Source: Candidatus Bathyarchaeota archaeon
GTDB taxonomy: Archaea; Thermoproteota; Bathyarchaeia; Bathyarchaeales; Bathycorpusculaceae
Length of the DNA: 64,000 nt
Assembly (NCBI GenBank): GCA_963717465.1
Contig: OY970340.1
Coordinates: 1,504,001-1,568,000 of the forward strand
Direction of reading: 5' to 3'
Below the pieces are notes generated by a model. It was not told where the DNA came from and searched no databases. It saw nothing but the letters and a program-made list of their open reading frames with translations. Positions 30,002 through 39,279 of this stretch are shown piece after piece. A program made the position numbers and the translations under genes. Position 1 is the first letter of the stretch. Every line of letters starts with the position of its first letter.

Positions 30002-31375
30002 ATGGAGTTTCCTTCTCCTTCTCCTTCGTCTGAGTCTCCTTCTCCTCCACCTGAATCTCCTTCGTCTGAGTCTCCTTCTCCTCCACCTGAATCTCCTTCG
30101 TCTGAGTCTCCTTCTCCTCCACCTGAATCTCCTTCGTCTGAGTCTCCTTCTCCTCCACCTGAATCTCCTTCGTCTGAGTCTCCTTCTCCTCCTTCAGTGA
30201 AGCCGCCGAGAGTTAAACGTCGTTTTTCAGCTTTATTTGTGGTGGGAGTGTTGTTGGTTGGATTAGTTGCTGGTAGCTTGATTTGTTATGCAGCTAGTTA
30301 TTCGTTGTTTAACGGTAAACTTGCCTATTTAGAGTCAGCGCAGAGTAACCCGTTGAATGTTACTTACCTGAATGGTACTTACTATTTGGATGGAAACGTT
30401 TCGTTGTCTGCGGTCTACGGGCAAGTTCAGCAATCCGTTGTTGTCATTCGTGATCTTCTTCCTGAGTATACTTTCTTCGGAACGGAGTATGAAGAGTTGC
30501 AGGGGTCAGGTTTCGTGACAACTGTTGATAATCAGCAAGTCATAGTTACGAATAATCATGTGGTGGAAGGTACGACAAACATAACTGTGACGTTCGCGGA
30601 TGGCAGTAGCTATATAGCAAATGAAATCGGTTCTGATTCGTTGGCAGATCTTGCGGTTCTTACTGTAAGCTCTATGCCTAGTGGTATACCGTCATTAACA
30701 TTGGCTAGTTCAACTACTCTTCAGGTTGGTGACCCAGTTATTGCAATAGGTTCACCCTATGGGTTGTCAGGGACACTTACCACGGGCGTTATCAGTGCAC
30801 TTGACAGAACGATAACTGAAGAATCAAGCGAAAGTGGTGCAACGGGTCCAACGATTCCTGATATGATTCAAACTAGTACTGCTATTAACCCGGGCAATTC
30901 AGGTGGACCGCTTGTTAACTATGCAGGTGATGTTGTAGGAATTACTACTGCAGCCGTAAGTGATTCTGAAGGTTTAGGTTTTGCGATTCCATCATCCACG
31001 ATTATACGTGAATTATATTCGCTGGTAACAACAGGCACATATGATGAGCACCCAACGATTGATACTTCTGGAGTTGACATGGATTACGCTATTGCACAAG
31101 CCATGGGCACAAACGTAACATATGGTTATCTTGTTGAAAGTGTTTCCACGCAAAATGGCTTAGATGGCGGCAATACGCAAACAACAATAGAAGGCTCAAC
31201 TGTAGTCATCGGCGGCGACATCATCATCGCTATCAACGGGACAAAAATTATCAACACTGACTCGCTGCTTGCTTACTTAGAGGAAAATACACTACCAGGA
31301 CAAACCATGAACTTTACAGTAATACGTGATGGAGCAACTCAAACAGTTTCAGTGACCATTGGGAAACTTTCATAG
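30002..31375 (+). CDS. htrA: HtrA/DegP-type serine protease with PDZ domain and N-terminal Ser/Pro/Glu repeats
   Basis: GSGF, TNNHVV, DLAVL, AINPGNSGGPL, GDIIIAING; single TM anchor. Confidence 0.9.
   Translation: MEFPSPSPSSESPSPPPESPSSESPSPPPESPSSESPSPPPESPSSESPSPPPESPSSESPSPPSVKPPRVKRRFSALFVVGVLLVGLVAGSLICYAASYSLFNGKLAYLESAQSNPLNVTYLNGTYYLDGNVSLSAVYGQVQQSVVVIRDLLPEYTFFGTEYEELQGSGFVTTVDNQQVIVTNNHVVEGTTNITVTFADGSSYIANEIGSDSLADLAVLTVSSMPSGIPSLTLASSTTLQVGDPVIAIGSPYGLSGTLTTGVISALDRTITEESSESGATGPTIPDMIQTSTAINPGNSGGPLVNYAGDVVGITTAAVSDSEGLGFAIPSSTIIRELYSLVTTGTYDEHPTIDTSGVDMDYAIAQAMGTNVTYGYLVESVSTQNGLDGGNTQTTIEGSTVVIGGDIIIAINGTKIINTDSLLAYLEENTLPGQTMNFTVIRDGATQTVSVTIGKLS
30020..30192 (+). repeat. 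36-bp coding tandem repeat (SPSSESPSPPPE), ~4.8 copies
   Basis: Unit tctccttcgtctgagtctccttctcctccacctgaa repeated without spacers. Confidence 0.95.
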
Positions 31376-31575
31376 CAACTTTTTAAGAGTGCTCCTTTCT
31401 TTTTCGGTACGCTTGAATGCGAAGGATCGATACTATTAAGTGCGTTTGATTGATTTTCCAATATATTTTTAGCTTTGTGTTATTACTTAAAATTATACGT
31501 CGAATTCTAAACGATAAAAACGTAAAAAGAAGACTCGAACAATGAAAGAAAGAATAAGACAAGTCATGGAGATGT

Positions 31576-31902
31576 TTGTTGTTGAGTGCAACGCCCGATG
31601 AGTCTGAAAAAACAGAGCCAGAACCGAGCCCTGTTGACATATCTACTTTGGACATTTATCAGCTTTTAGAATTGTTTATTATGCTGTTAAGTGAACAGGC
31701 GTGGCGTCTAATAGGATTACAGGTTGATCCGCGTACGAATAAAATAAATAAAGATCTGGTAAAAGCTCATGTCGCGATTGACTGCATAATCTCGCTCGTT
31801 GACAAGATGGAACCTGCCTTAAACGCTGTGGAAATGGAACGTTTGCGAAGGCTAATAACTGACCTGCAATTAAACTACGCCGAGCAAAGTTCAAAAAAGT
31901 AA
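31576..31902 (+). CDS. DUF1844-like protein
   Basis: LSEQAWRLIGL...DLVKAHVAID...LITDLQLNY pattern. Confidence 0.65.
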   Translation: MLLSATPDESEKTEPEPSPVDISTLDIYQLLELFIMLLSEQAWRLIGLQVDPRTNKINKDLVKAHVAIDCIISLVDKMEPALNAVEMERLRRLITDLQLNYAEQSSKK

Positions 31903-32139
31903 CATCAATCATTTTTAAATCCATAAATATTAAACTGTTTGAGCATGAATCTTCGGTGAGATTGGTAGTTTAAACCTTTAGCATTGCATAGGGTTTAAAA
32001 ATAGGAAAAGAATTTACTTAAAACACTCTCTGGGATGACTGCTCTGGGAAAAACTCTGAGAGTGAGTATCCAAAGAAATGGGAATAACTCAATGACCTGA
32101 CTACTGTCTTGTTGAGTTCCATTTCGAAAGAGACACTGA

Positions 32140-32217
32140 GGGCCGGTAGCTCAGCACGGCTGGAGCGTTCGACTGATAATCGAAAGGTCGCCGGTTCAAA
32201 TCCGGCTCGGCCCACCA
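32140..32217 (+). tRNA. tRNA-Ile(GAU), CCA encoded
   Basis: GGGCCGG acceptor, TTCGA-CT-GAT-AA-TCGAA anticodon arm, GGTTCAAATCC. Confidence 0.96.
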
Positions 32218-32298
32218 GTAAGCGGCTGAACGTTTTTTTAAAGCTAAAATCTTATTAAGATTAAATCTTATTAGTTGACCTGAAAGGGGAAGAAAAAA

Positions 32299-32667
32299 GT
32301 GGCAAAAGAAGATGAAATGCTACAGGAACTAAGAAAGATCAGAGAAGCACTTGAAAAACCGCCAGCGCCTGCGCCGCCAAAAGGTTTCTCGAACGAGTTT
32401 AAGGATTTTCTTTCGAAGTACAAGATTTTCGGGCTTGCAATTGCGTTTGTCATCGGTTTGTACGTTGGAGCCTTAGTCAGCGCGTTAGTCAAAGATTTGC
32501 TGGTGCCAGCGATTGGTCTTTTAATTCCAGGCATGAGCAATTTATCGCAGTTCACGTTTGGGCCATTCGGAATCGGCGATTTCCTGAACGCCTTAATAAC
32601 GTTCCTATTCGTTGCTCTATTTGTCTTTGTGCTGGTGAAAGTTGCGAAACGTTGGGGCATCGAGTAA
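32299..32667 (+). CDS. mscL: Large-conductance mechanosensitive channel family protein
   Basis: EFKDFLSKYKIFGLAIAFVIG...VSALVKDLLVP...GDFLNALITF. Confidence 0.85.
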   Translation: MAKEDEMLQELRKIREALEKPPAPAPPKGFSNEFKDFLSKYKIFGLAIAFVIGLYVGALVSALVKDLLVPAIGLLIPGMSNLSQFTFGPFGIGDFLNALITFLFVALFVFVLVKVAKRWGIE

Positions 32668-32896
32668 TCGCAACGACTAACGCAGCGACTAGCCAACCAA
32701 CTCTTTTTTTTCTTTTTAGTCCATTTTGGTGCAGATACTATCGTTGATTGTCGGCATTATTCATTTTAAGAGGTTAAGCTAAAACGGTCTTACCTAACAG
32801 AGAAGAGGTCCCAAAAAAATAAGTTTAATCGTTAACTGATATTCCTGATTATGTAAGACGTTAGTTTTAAATGGTGACAAGCATGATTAAAGAACG

Positions 32897-33148
32897 GTGT
32901 ATTTCTTGAAGAAGGATGAAGCGGTGGCTTGCCTAAAGGAAATTCTGCTTAAATGCCAATTTTCAGCTAATTTTTACACCATAACTAGCCCTGAGAACAA
33001 CATAATTTTAAAAACCGTTCTAGACGAGGCATGTCAAATAGAAATTGATAAGATCATTCAAAAATACGTTTTAGCCATAGATAGAAAGAACGGTTATTAC
33101 TTAATTTTCGAGCCTGAAACGGGATCAGTGAAAAAATACCAAACATAA
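32897..33148 (+). CDS. Small hypothetical protein
   Basis: 83-aa ORF with plausible composition; no recognised motif. Confidence 0.45.
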   Translation: MYFLKKDEAVACLKEILLKCQFSANFYTITSPENNIILKTVLDEACQIEIDKIIQKYVLAIDRKNGYYLIFEPETGSVKKYQT

Positions 33149-33273
33149 TTTGCTACTTTAAAAGGGGTTCCACATTCATCACAAGTGTAAGTTGCTATGT
33201 TAAACACTGTATTTTTTAATTCTTTGTCAGGCGGTTTGTTGAGCTTCTTTCCGCATTTAGGGCAACTGAGCAT
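33097..33273 (-). CDS. Small zinc-ribbon protein (58 aa, CPKCG...CDECG)
   Basis: Manual translation MLSCPKCGKKLNKPPDKELKNTVFNIATYTCDECGTPFKVANY...; below the ORF-track length cutoff. Confidence 0.6.
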   Translation of the reverse strand: MLSCPKCGKKLNKPPDKELKNTVFNIATYTCDECGTPFKVANYVWYFFTDPVSGSKIK

Positions 33274-33627
33274 TAAGGGCTACCTTAGTACATTAATTAC
33301 CGCTTAATGATGCATATTTACAATAAATATGTATGTTGTCACATTATTGAGACAATTATTGATGATAATGATTCATAATTCATCTTCTCTATATGTGGGA
33401 GTTTATCCCATTCTGTAAATTGTTTTGGCAGGCAAACTTTGGCCTCATGGCTTTTGACGCAATTATAGTTCTCATTGTTGAAGGCTGGGAAATATAGACA
33501 GTGCGCACACTCTTACTCTTAATATGAAACTATATGTCGATAGTTACCGCGTAAACGGGAATGACGATAAATTAACAGAACCCACAATCGACCTCATCAT
33601 AGAATCCTAAGGCTCAACACTCTACAG

Positions 33628-35958
33628 CTAGGAACTATTTTTGCTTTCCATCAAAGTGTAATAAAAGGAAGCTACAAAATTCAAATCTCTATCGTCTTTT
33701 AATTCGAGTTTAGGTTCAACCGGCAAAGTAACTGTGAAGGTTGTACCGTTGCCTTCGGAAGTCTCTACGTCAATTTTTCCACCATGAGCGTCAACTATGC
33801 GTTTGCATATGGCTAAGCCAAAACCCATACCCTGCGCCTTAGTCGTAAATAACGGCAAAAAGAGCTTTGGCAATATCTCTTTTGGAATACCTATACCTGT
33901 ATCAGCGAAAGAAACTTGCACATTATCCTTGTCTCTTTTGCTGGTAATCGTCAATTTGCCTCCATTTGGCATAGCATCAAACGCATTCTTAGCAAGATTA
34001 GTAAATACTCTTTTTACTTTAACACAATCCACACGTAAGCTTAGTTCTTCAGGAAGATGATTTAAAACTCTTATTTTTTCAGGAACATTTAACATAGCTA
34101 AACTTTCGTCTAATAATTTTTTAAGCGAGGTCTTTTGCTTTTCCAACTGTATTTCTCTGGAATAATCTAGTAGATCCCTTATAATTTTGTCAGAATGATC
34201 AATACAACTGTTAATTGTTTGAAGCATTTCCATAGTCTGCTTTTCTTTGCCTGCTAAGGTATCGACGTTTCTATTCAAATAGTAAACGGCGCTTTTAATT
34301 CCAGTCAAAGGGTTACGCAGATCATGACCAATCATTCCTGCAAGTTCACCTATCGCTGCTAATCTCTCAGACTTTAAAAGTTTAGCCTGCGTTTCAGCCA
34401 ACTGCATTGTTCTTTGCTTAACCAGTTCCTCAAGACCTTTAGAATAAGTCTCAAGCTGATCTTGCATCTTTTTACGCTCAGTTATATCAGATATCACTCC
34501 AAAATTTCCAATTAGTTGTCCCGTGTCATCTGTAATTTCAGAGGTCGCAACACTTGTGTAAACGCGCGATCCATCCTTTCGAGGAAATTCATATTCAAAA
34601 TGTCCAATTTTCACATTCTCTCTTAAAAAGCTATTAAGATTTTCAACGTCTTTCTGGTCTACTAATTCAAATAAGCTTTTTTCCATAATTTCGCTTTCAT
34701 TGTAGCCAAGTATTTGAGCCATGCAATGATTTACGAAAGTTGTTTTGTAATATTTATCGGTCACCCAGATGCCTTCTTGCGCGAGTTCAACTAATTTGCG
34801 AAACCGCAACTCGCTCTTCACAAGGTCATCTTGTATTTTCTTTATCTCAGTTATGTCGTGAAAAAGGCATTGAAGAACTTTCTTACCGGCCAATTCAATT
34901 GTTTTTACTGTTACTACGACATTTCTGATTTCGCCATTTTTTGTGTAATGCTCAGTTTCAAACTCAGCAACTCCATCCATCATTACTTCAGCTTCTTCAA
35001 GTGCTTCTTTTTCTTCTATCTGAGGAATTGTGAGCTTTGAGAATTCTTCTCTTGAATACCCTAGTTGACTATGTGCAACATCATTGAACTCAATAAAGGC
35101 CATTGTTTCTGGATCAATCACCAAGACTCCTAATGGCGCTTCTTCAAATAATGCACGATAACGCGCTTCCGCCTCTTTCAGCGCCTGCTCGTCTTGTCTT
35201 ATTTTGGTGATATCTGTCACTATCCCGAGAATGGCTTGTTGACCCTCGTACTCAATAAGTTTCGCGTTAATCGCAACATCTATTCTTCGTCCATCTTTTG
35301 TAATCTCTTGAACGAAATACGGCGAGGAATCAACGCTACTCATGTGCCTGCGCAAACTATCCTTAGCAAGCTCCCTGTTTTCAGGAGCCATTAAATCTAG
35401 GAAATTAAATTCAGGTGAGTAAAAGTATTCTTTTGAATATCCCAATGATCGCTCGCATTCCTCATTAACATAAATGACTTTTCCATTTTGGAAAATGAAA
35501 ATCATATTCGGGGATTGCTCGGCGAGATTACGAAATTTCTGTTCACTTTCAACCAAGGTTTGCTTGAGCATTTCTTGATGCTTGTTTCGCTCGGTAACAT
35601 CGTGAAAAACTATAAGGTCAAGCAACTCGCCTTGATATTGAACTCGATTCCCATTGGCTTCTAGAAATATTAATTTTCCTTCTTTTGTAGTTATTTTAAT
35701 CTCATATGGCGGGATGTCAACTCCGCTAAGCCTCTTCTCTATATTCTCCCCTAAACCTAAAACTTGCTCTTGATCAAAAAACTTGCTAAAGTGTTGCCCC
35801 ACAAGTTCCTTGCTATCGAAACCAGTGAATTTTCCCGCCATTTTGTTGGCTGCAACAAAAATACCGTTCGCATCTAAAATCACCACGGAATTCGGGATGA
35901 GGTCGATTAAAGTTGAGAAATAATCTCTAAATTCTTTATTTTTGAGGTTGCCCATCAT
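33628..35958 (-). CDS. Multi-PAS sensor histidine kinase
   Basis: Four PAS repeats ending DVTER/DITK/DITE/DITER, H-box GHDLRNPL, NLAKNA, DTGIGI, GMGFGL. Confidence 0.95.
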   Translation of the reverse strand: MMGNLKNKEFRDYFSTLIDLIPNSVVILDANGIFVAANKMAGKFTGFDSKELVGQHFSKFFDQEQVLGLGENIEKRLSGVDIPPYEIKITTKEGKLIFLEANGNRVQYQGELLDLIVFHDVTERNKHQEMLKQTLVESEQKFRNLAEQSPNMIFIFQNGKVIYVNEECERSLGYSKEYFYSPEFNFLDLMAPENRELAKDSLRRHMSSVDSSPYFVQEITKDGRRIDVAINAKLIEYEGQQAILGIVTDITKIRQDEQALKEAEARYRALFEEAPLGVLVIDPETMAFIEFNDVAHSQLGYSREEFSKLTIPQIEEKEALEEAEVMMDGVAEFETEHYTKNGEIRNVVVTVKTIELAGKKVLQCLFHDITEIKKIQDDLVKSELRFRKLVELAQEGIWVTDKYYKTTFVNHCMAQILGYNESEIMEKSLFELVDQKDVENLNSFLRENVKIGHFEYEFPRKDGSRVYTSVATSEITDDTGQLIGNFGVISDITERKKMQDQLETYSKGLEELVKQRTMQLAETQAKLLKSERLAAIGELAGMIGHDLRNPLTGIKSAVYYLNRNVDTLAGKEKQTMEMLQTINSCIDHSDKIIRDLLDYSREIQLEKQKTSLKKLLDESLAMLNVPEKIRVLNHLPEELSLRVDCVKVKRVFTNLAKNAFDAMPNGGKLTITSKRDKDNVQVSFADTGIGIPKEILPKLFLPLFTTKAQGMGFGLAICKRIVDAHGGKIDVETSEGNGTTFTVTLPVEPKLELKDDRDLNFVASFYYTLMESKNSS

Positions 35959-36244
35959 ACTATCACAACTGAAATGTCACTAGACGGCTTTTACAGTGAT
36001 TATTGCTCAAATCTATCTCGCCTGCACAAGCTTTCCATCAAACCATTATTTCTCTTTCTTAAGTATAGCTTGACTCGAAAGAAATTAAATGTCTTTTGAA
36101 TTTCAGATACTGACCTTTAATTAATGAAATTAGTCATCTTTCTAAGTCTCTTTTCCGAAATTCTTTCATGACCCTTGTAGATATAATTTTTTTCTGGATT
36201 TCTTGTAGGTAGCAGAAAATAAATCCCTACTGGGAAGCAAGGGT

Positions 36245-36538
36245 TTAGTAAGGAACCAAAACTTGGTTTCTTGCTTCTTCAACCATTGGAAGAATTTGTC
36301 TTAGTTCTCTAAATTGCTTTAGCACGGTAATGCCACGTTGTGTTACAGCATAAACTACTCTAGATTTGCCCACAACTCGCTCTTCAACAAGACCTTGTTT
36401 TAGCAGAAAATCAAGATATTCTTTGAGTACACTGCAGTTTACGTTTGCTTTGTACATTACATGAGTTAGCTTTAACGGTCCTCGATGAGCCAATACCTTT
36501 AATACATCAATATAAATTTCGAGTTTTGACCTATGCAT
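36245..36538 (-). CDS. Archaeal winged-helix regulator (ArnR1-like/HTH_45)
   Basis: RSKLEIYIDVL...LTHVMYKANVN...YLDFL...YAVTQRG. Confidence 0.85.
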   Translation of the reverse strand: MHRSKLEIYIDVLKVLAHRGPLKLTHVMYKANVNCSVLKEYLDFLLKQGLVEERVVGKSRVVYAVTQRGITVLKQFRELRQILPMVEEARNQVLVPY

Positions 36539-36826
36539 CCTTTTTAGCCTCTTATTATAGAACTCCTATTTTATTATAAAGATTTGTGGCGTTATAATCA
36601 ATATTTTTTCCATTATTAAGGACGTTGTAACCAGTGCCAGAACTATATTAAGAAATAGCCTGTAGAGTCACATCAAAACTGCTTTTTTGCTTGTGAAATT
36701 TCCCAAGTTGTAAATTTATACTTGAATAAGTTATTTATACGTTTAAGAGTTAAAAATAAGCCGCTTAAGCTTAGCGATTAAGGCTCTTTAAGCGCTAAAT
36801 CGCTTACTCGTATGCACCTTTCAGTT

Positions 36827-36982
36827 ATTGGTTTTTTGATTCCAGGCATGAGTAATTTGTCGTCGTTCGTGTTAGGGCCATTTGGAATCCGCGACTTCTT
36901 GAACGCCTTTATAACATTCCTATTCGTTGCGTTATTTGTCTTCGTGCTAGTGAAGGTTGCGAAGCGCTGGGACATAGAATAA
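36827..36982 (+). pseudogene. Diverged 3'-part duplicate of mscL
   Basis: 156 nt colinear with 32512-32667 (IGFLIPGMSNLSSFVLGPFGIRDFLNAFITFLF...RWDIE*); no 5' part. Confidence 0.85.
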
Positions 36983-37237
36983 GTAAGCGGCTAACAATCC
37001 AACTCTCTTTTTTCTTATAGATCGGTTTCGGCACAGGCGTTACTGTTGTTTGATTTCATTGTTTACCAATTGTTGTTATTTGTATCATTTTATAGACCAT
37101 TCGTGTATTCAGATTTTTCGAATAAAAAGAATTAAAAACTTTGAAGTTAGGAATCTAAAAATAAGCTTCCTATTAAGGATTCTAAGTTCATAAATGATTT
37201 ATAAAAAAATTGACCATTCCAATTCAGATGGCAATAC

Positions 37238-37579
37238 ATGAACAGGTCTAAGCTAGAGTTCTATGAGGACATCATGCAGGCCTTGGCGAAAAGGCCCTTA
37301 AGTATCGAGCGAATAGCCTTCACCTGCAACATGGACTGCGTTAATTTGCGTCAAAGAATAAACTTTCTAATAAAGAACGACATTGTGCAAGAAAGGATGT
37401 ACGGAAAAAAACCACTTTATGCCCTAACTGCAAGGGGATTAGCAATCTTTAATACCCTTAACCTGACGCATCAGTTGGAAAAGCTTCAGACAACAGCTGA
37501 TGAATTTGACCAGAAAATCACTGTTCCATCTTTCTCAGAAATCAAGGAACAAAAGAAAAAGAAATCCGAAAAATATTAA
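37238..37579 (+). CDS. Archaeal winged-helix regulator, paralog of 36245-36538
   Basis: MNRSKLEFYEDIM...YALTARG. Confidence 0.8.
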   Translation: MNRSKLEFYEDIMQALAKRPLSIERIAFTCNMDCVNLRQRINFLIKNDIVQERMYGKKPLYALTARGLAIFNTLNLTHQLEKLQTTADEFDQKITVPSFSEIKEQKKKKSEKY

Positions 37580-37611
37580 CCAAACCAAAAGTTTCTTCTT
37601 TACGAAAAATT

Positions 37612-38616
37612 ATGATAGCTTTCTCTCCAGAAACGGTATGGAATGCTAACGAAAAAGAACTCTTATCAATGCTAGACCAAAATGGGTTTGTAAGCAAGCG
37701 TAAGGAAATTCGATTTTATGCCCCAAGTTTTACTTATTACAAAACAAGGTTTTATTGTTCGTCGCCTGTTGATTTTCCAACAATTTCAGTAACAGGAAAT
37801 GGCTGCTCGCTTAACTGTAAGCATTGCGGAGGCAAAGTGCTTGAAACAATGCATCCAGCCAACACGCCTCAAGAACTCTATAATTTAGCAATAAAACTTA
37901 AGAAAGATGGTGCTTCTGGCTGCTTAATTAGCGGCGGATGCTTACCTAACGGTTCCGTGCCGCTTGATAAGTTCATTCCAACAATAAAAAGAATCAAGCA
38001 TGAATTAGACCTTACAATTTTTGTTCACACAGGAATAATCGACCAGCAAACCGCTTTTTCACTAAAAGACGCAGGCGTTGATGCAGCTTTAATTGACATC
38101 ATCGGCTCAGAAGAAACAATACGTAAAATTTACAACCTCAAGATAACCGTAAAAAATTACGCTGATTCGCTAAAAGCATTGCACAGGGCGAAATTGAATT
38201 TAATACCTCACATTATCGTCGGTTTGAATGATGGCAAATTAGACGGTGAATTCAAAGCGCTCCAAATAACTTCAACTGTTAAGCCTAATGCTCTAGTCAT
38301 AATTGCTTTCATGCCTATTCACGGCACTGAGATGGCTCAAACCAAACCGCCAACACCAAACGACATCGCAAGAGTAACGGCGACGGCGCGACTAATGTTT
38401 CCTAAAACGCCAATGGTTCTCGGATGTATGAGGCCAAAAGGCAAATTGCGTGCAGAAACTGATATTTTAGCATTAAAGGCTGGGGTTGATGCTATAGCGT
38501 TTCCCAGTGAAGAAGCGATACAATATGCGCAAAGCAGGGGTTATGAAATTTCTTTTTCTTCTTATTGTTGTGCCCAAATTTATTTGGATGCAGCTTTTCG
38601 AAGGCCTTCGAAGTAA
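37612..38616 (+). CDS. Radical SAM protein, probable archaeal lipoyl synthase component LipS1
   Basis: CSLNCKHC plus C-terminal GCMR and CC motifs typical of LipS1-type proteins. Confidence 0.7.
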   Translation: MIAFSPETVWNANEKELLSMLDQNGFVSKRKEIRFYAPSFTYYKTRFYCSSPVDFPTISVTGNGCSLNCKHCGGKVLETMHPANTPQELYNLAIKLKKDGASGCLISGGCLPNGSVPLDKFIPTIKRIKHELDLTIFVHTGIIDQQTAFSLKDAGVDAALIDIIGSEETIRKIYNLKITVKNYADSLKALHRAKLNLIPHIIVGLNDGKLDGEFKALQITSTVKPNALVIIAFMPIHGTEMAQTKPPTPNDIARVTATARLMFPKTPMVLGCMRPKGKLRAETDILALKAGVDAIAFPSEEAIQYAQSRGYEISFSSYCCAQIYLDAAFRRPSK

Positions 38617-38639
38617 AAACATTGTGAAAGAGTTTTAGC

Positions 38640-39242
38640 TTAACTTTTTGCTTTTTTAATCATTAGGTAGCCGAGCACAAATGTCCAAATTGAACCAGCC
38701 AGTCCTGATATGAATTCTGGGATGGCAACTTTTGGAGCAAATTCAATTGTGAAATATAGTACCCATATTAAGGATGCAATTAACGCTAAAATCAACGTGA
38801 ATACCACTAGTTTATTTTGATGTTTGAAAGCGAAAGCGGCCATGTTGACTATGAGTGCAATTCCAAGTAATGAGAAGAAAGCTACAGACACGATATAGTG
38901 TGTGGGTGAAAAGTGTTCGTTAAAAACTCCAATGGCAATCAAAGCTAAACTTGTTAAAGCGAAGAATACTGAACCGACGCGTCCGATAATGTTTTCTTTG
39001 AAGTAGAAAAATAAGCCTAAACCGAAGATGAATGCGAAGATACCTGCTAAAACCAGGCCTGTGTTGAATAGTATTGAAGTGGCCCCGGGAACAACTCCTA
39101 AGTCGCTTAGTGCATTATTTTGCCAACCGAACTGTGGATAAAAAGCGATTGCTAACAGAATAAACGTGAATGCTACAAAGGGTATGCATAAACCGAAAAA
39201 TCCTGATATTTTAAGAATTGTAGAATCTCTTTTCGTTTGCAA
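38640..39242 (-). CDS. DUF998-family membrane protein
   Basis: WQNNALSDLG, LFNTGL, IGVFNE...HYIVS. Confidence 0.75.
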   Translation of the reverse strand: MQTKRDSTILKISGFFGLCIPFVAFTFILLAIAFYPQFGWQNNALSDLGVVPGATSILFNTGLVLAGIFAFIFGLGLFFYFKENIIGRVGSVFFALTSLALIAIGVFNEHFSPTHYIVSVAFFSLLGIALIVNMAAFAFKHQNKLVVFTLILALIASLIWVLYFTIEFAPKVAIPEFISGLAGSIWTFVLGYLMIKKAKS

Positions 39243-39279
39243 GGTTCTTACCCTAACTTACAACTGCTTGTTTTCTTGT

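Noticed and set aside
29928..30158. Minus-strand ORF with EEKETQTKEIQV repeats
   Set aside because: Antisense shadow of the HtrA repeat
30020..30192. 36-bp repeat array as a CRISPR
   Set aside because: No spacers, it is an in-frame coding repeat, and there are no cas genes
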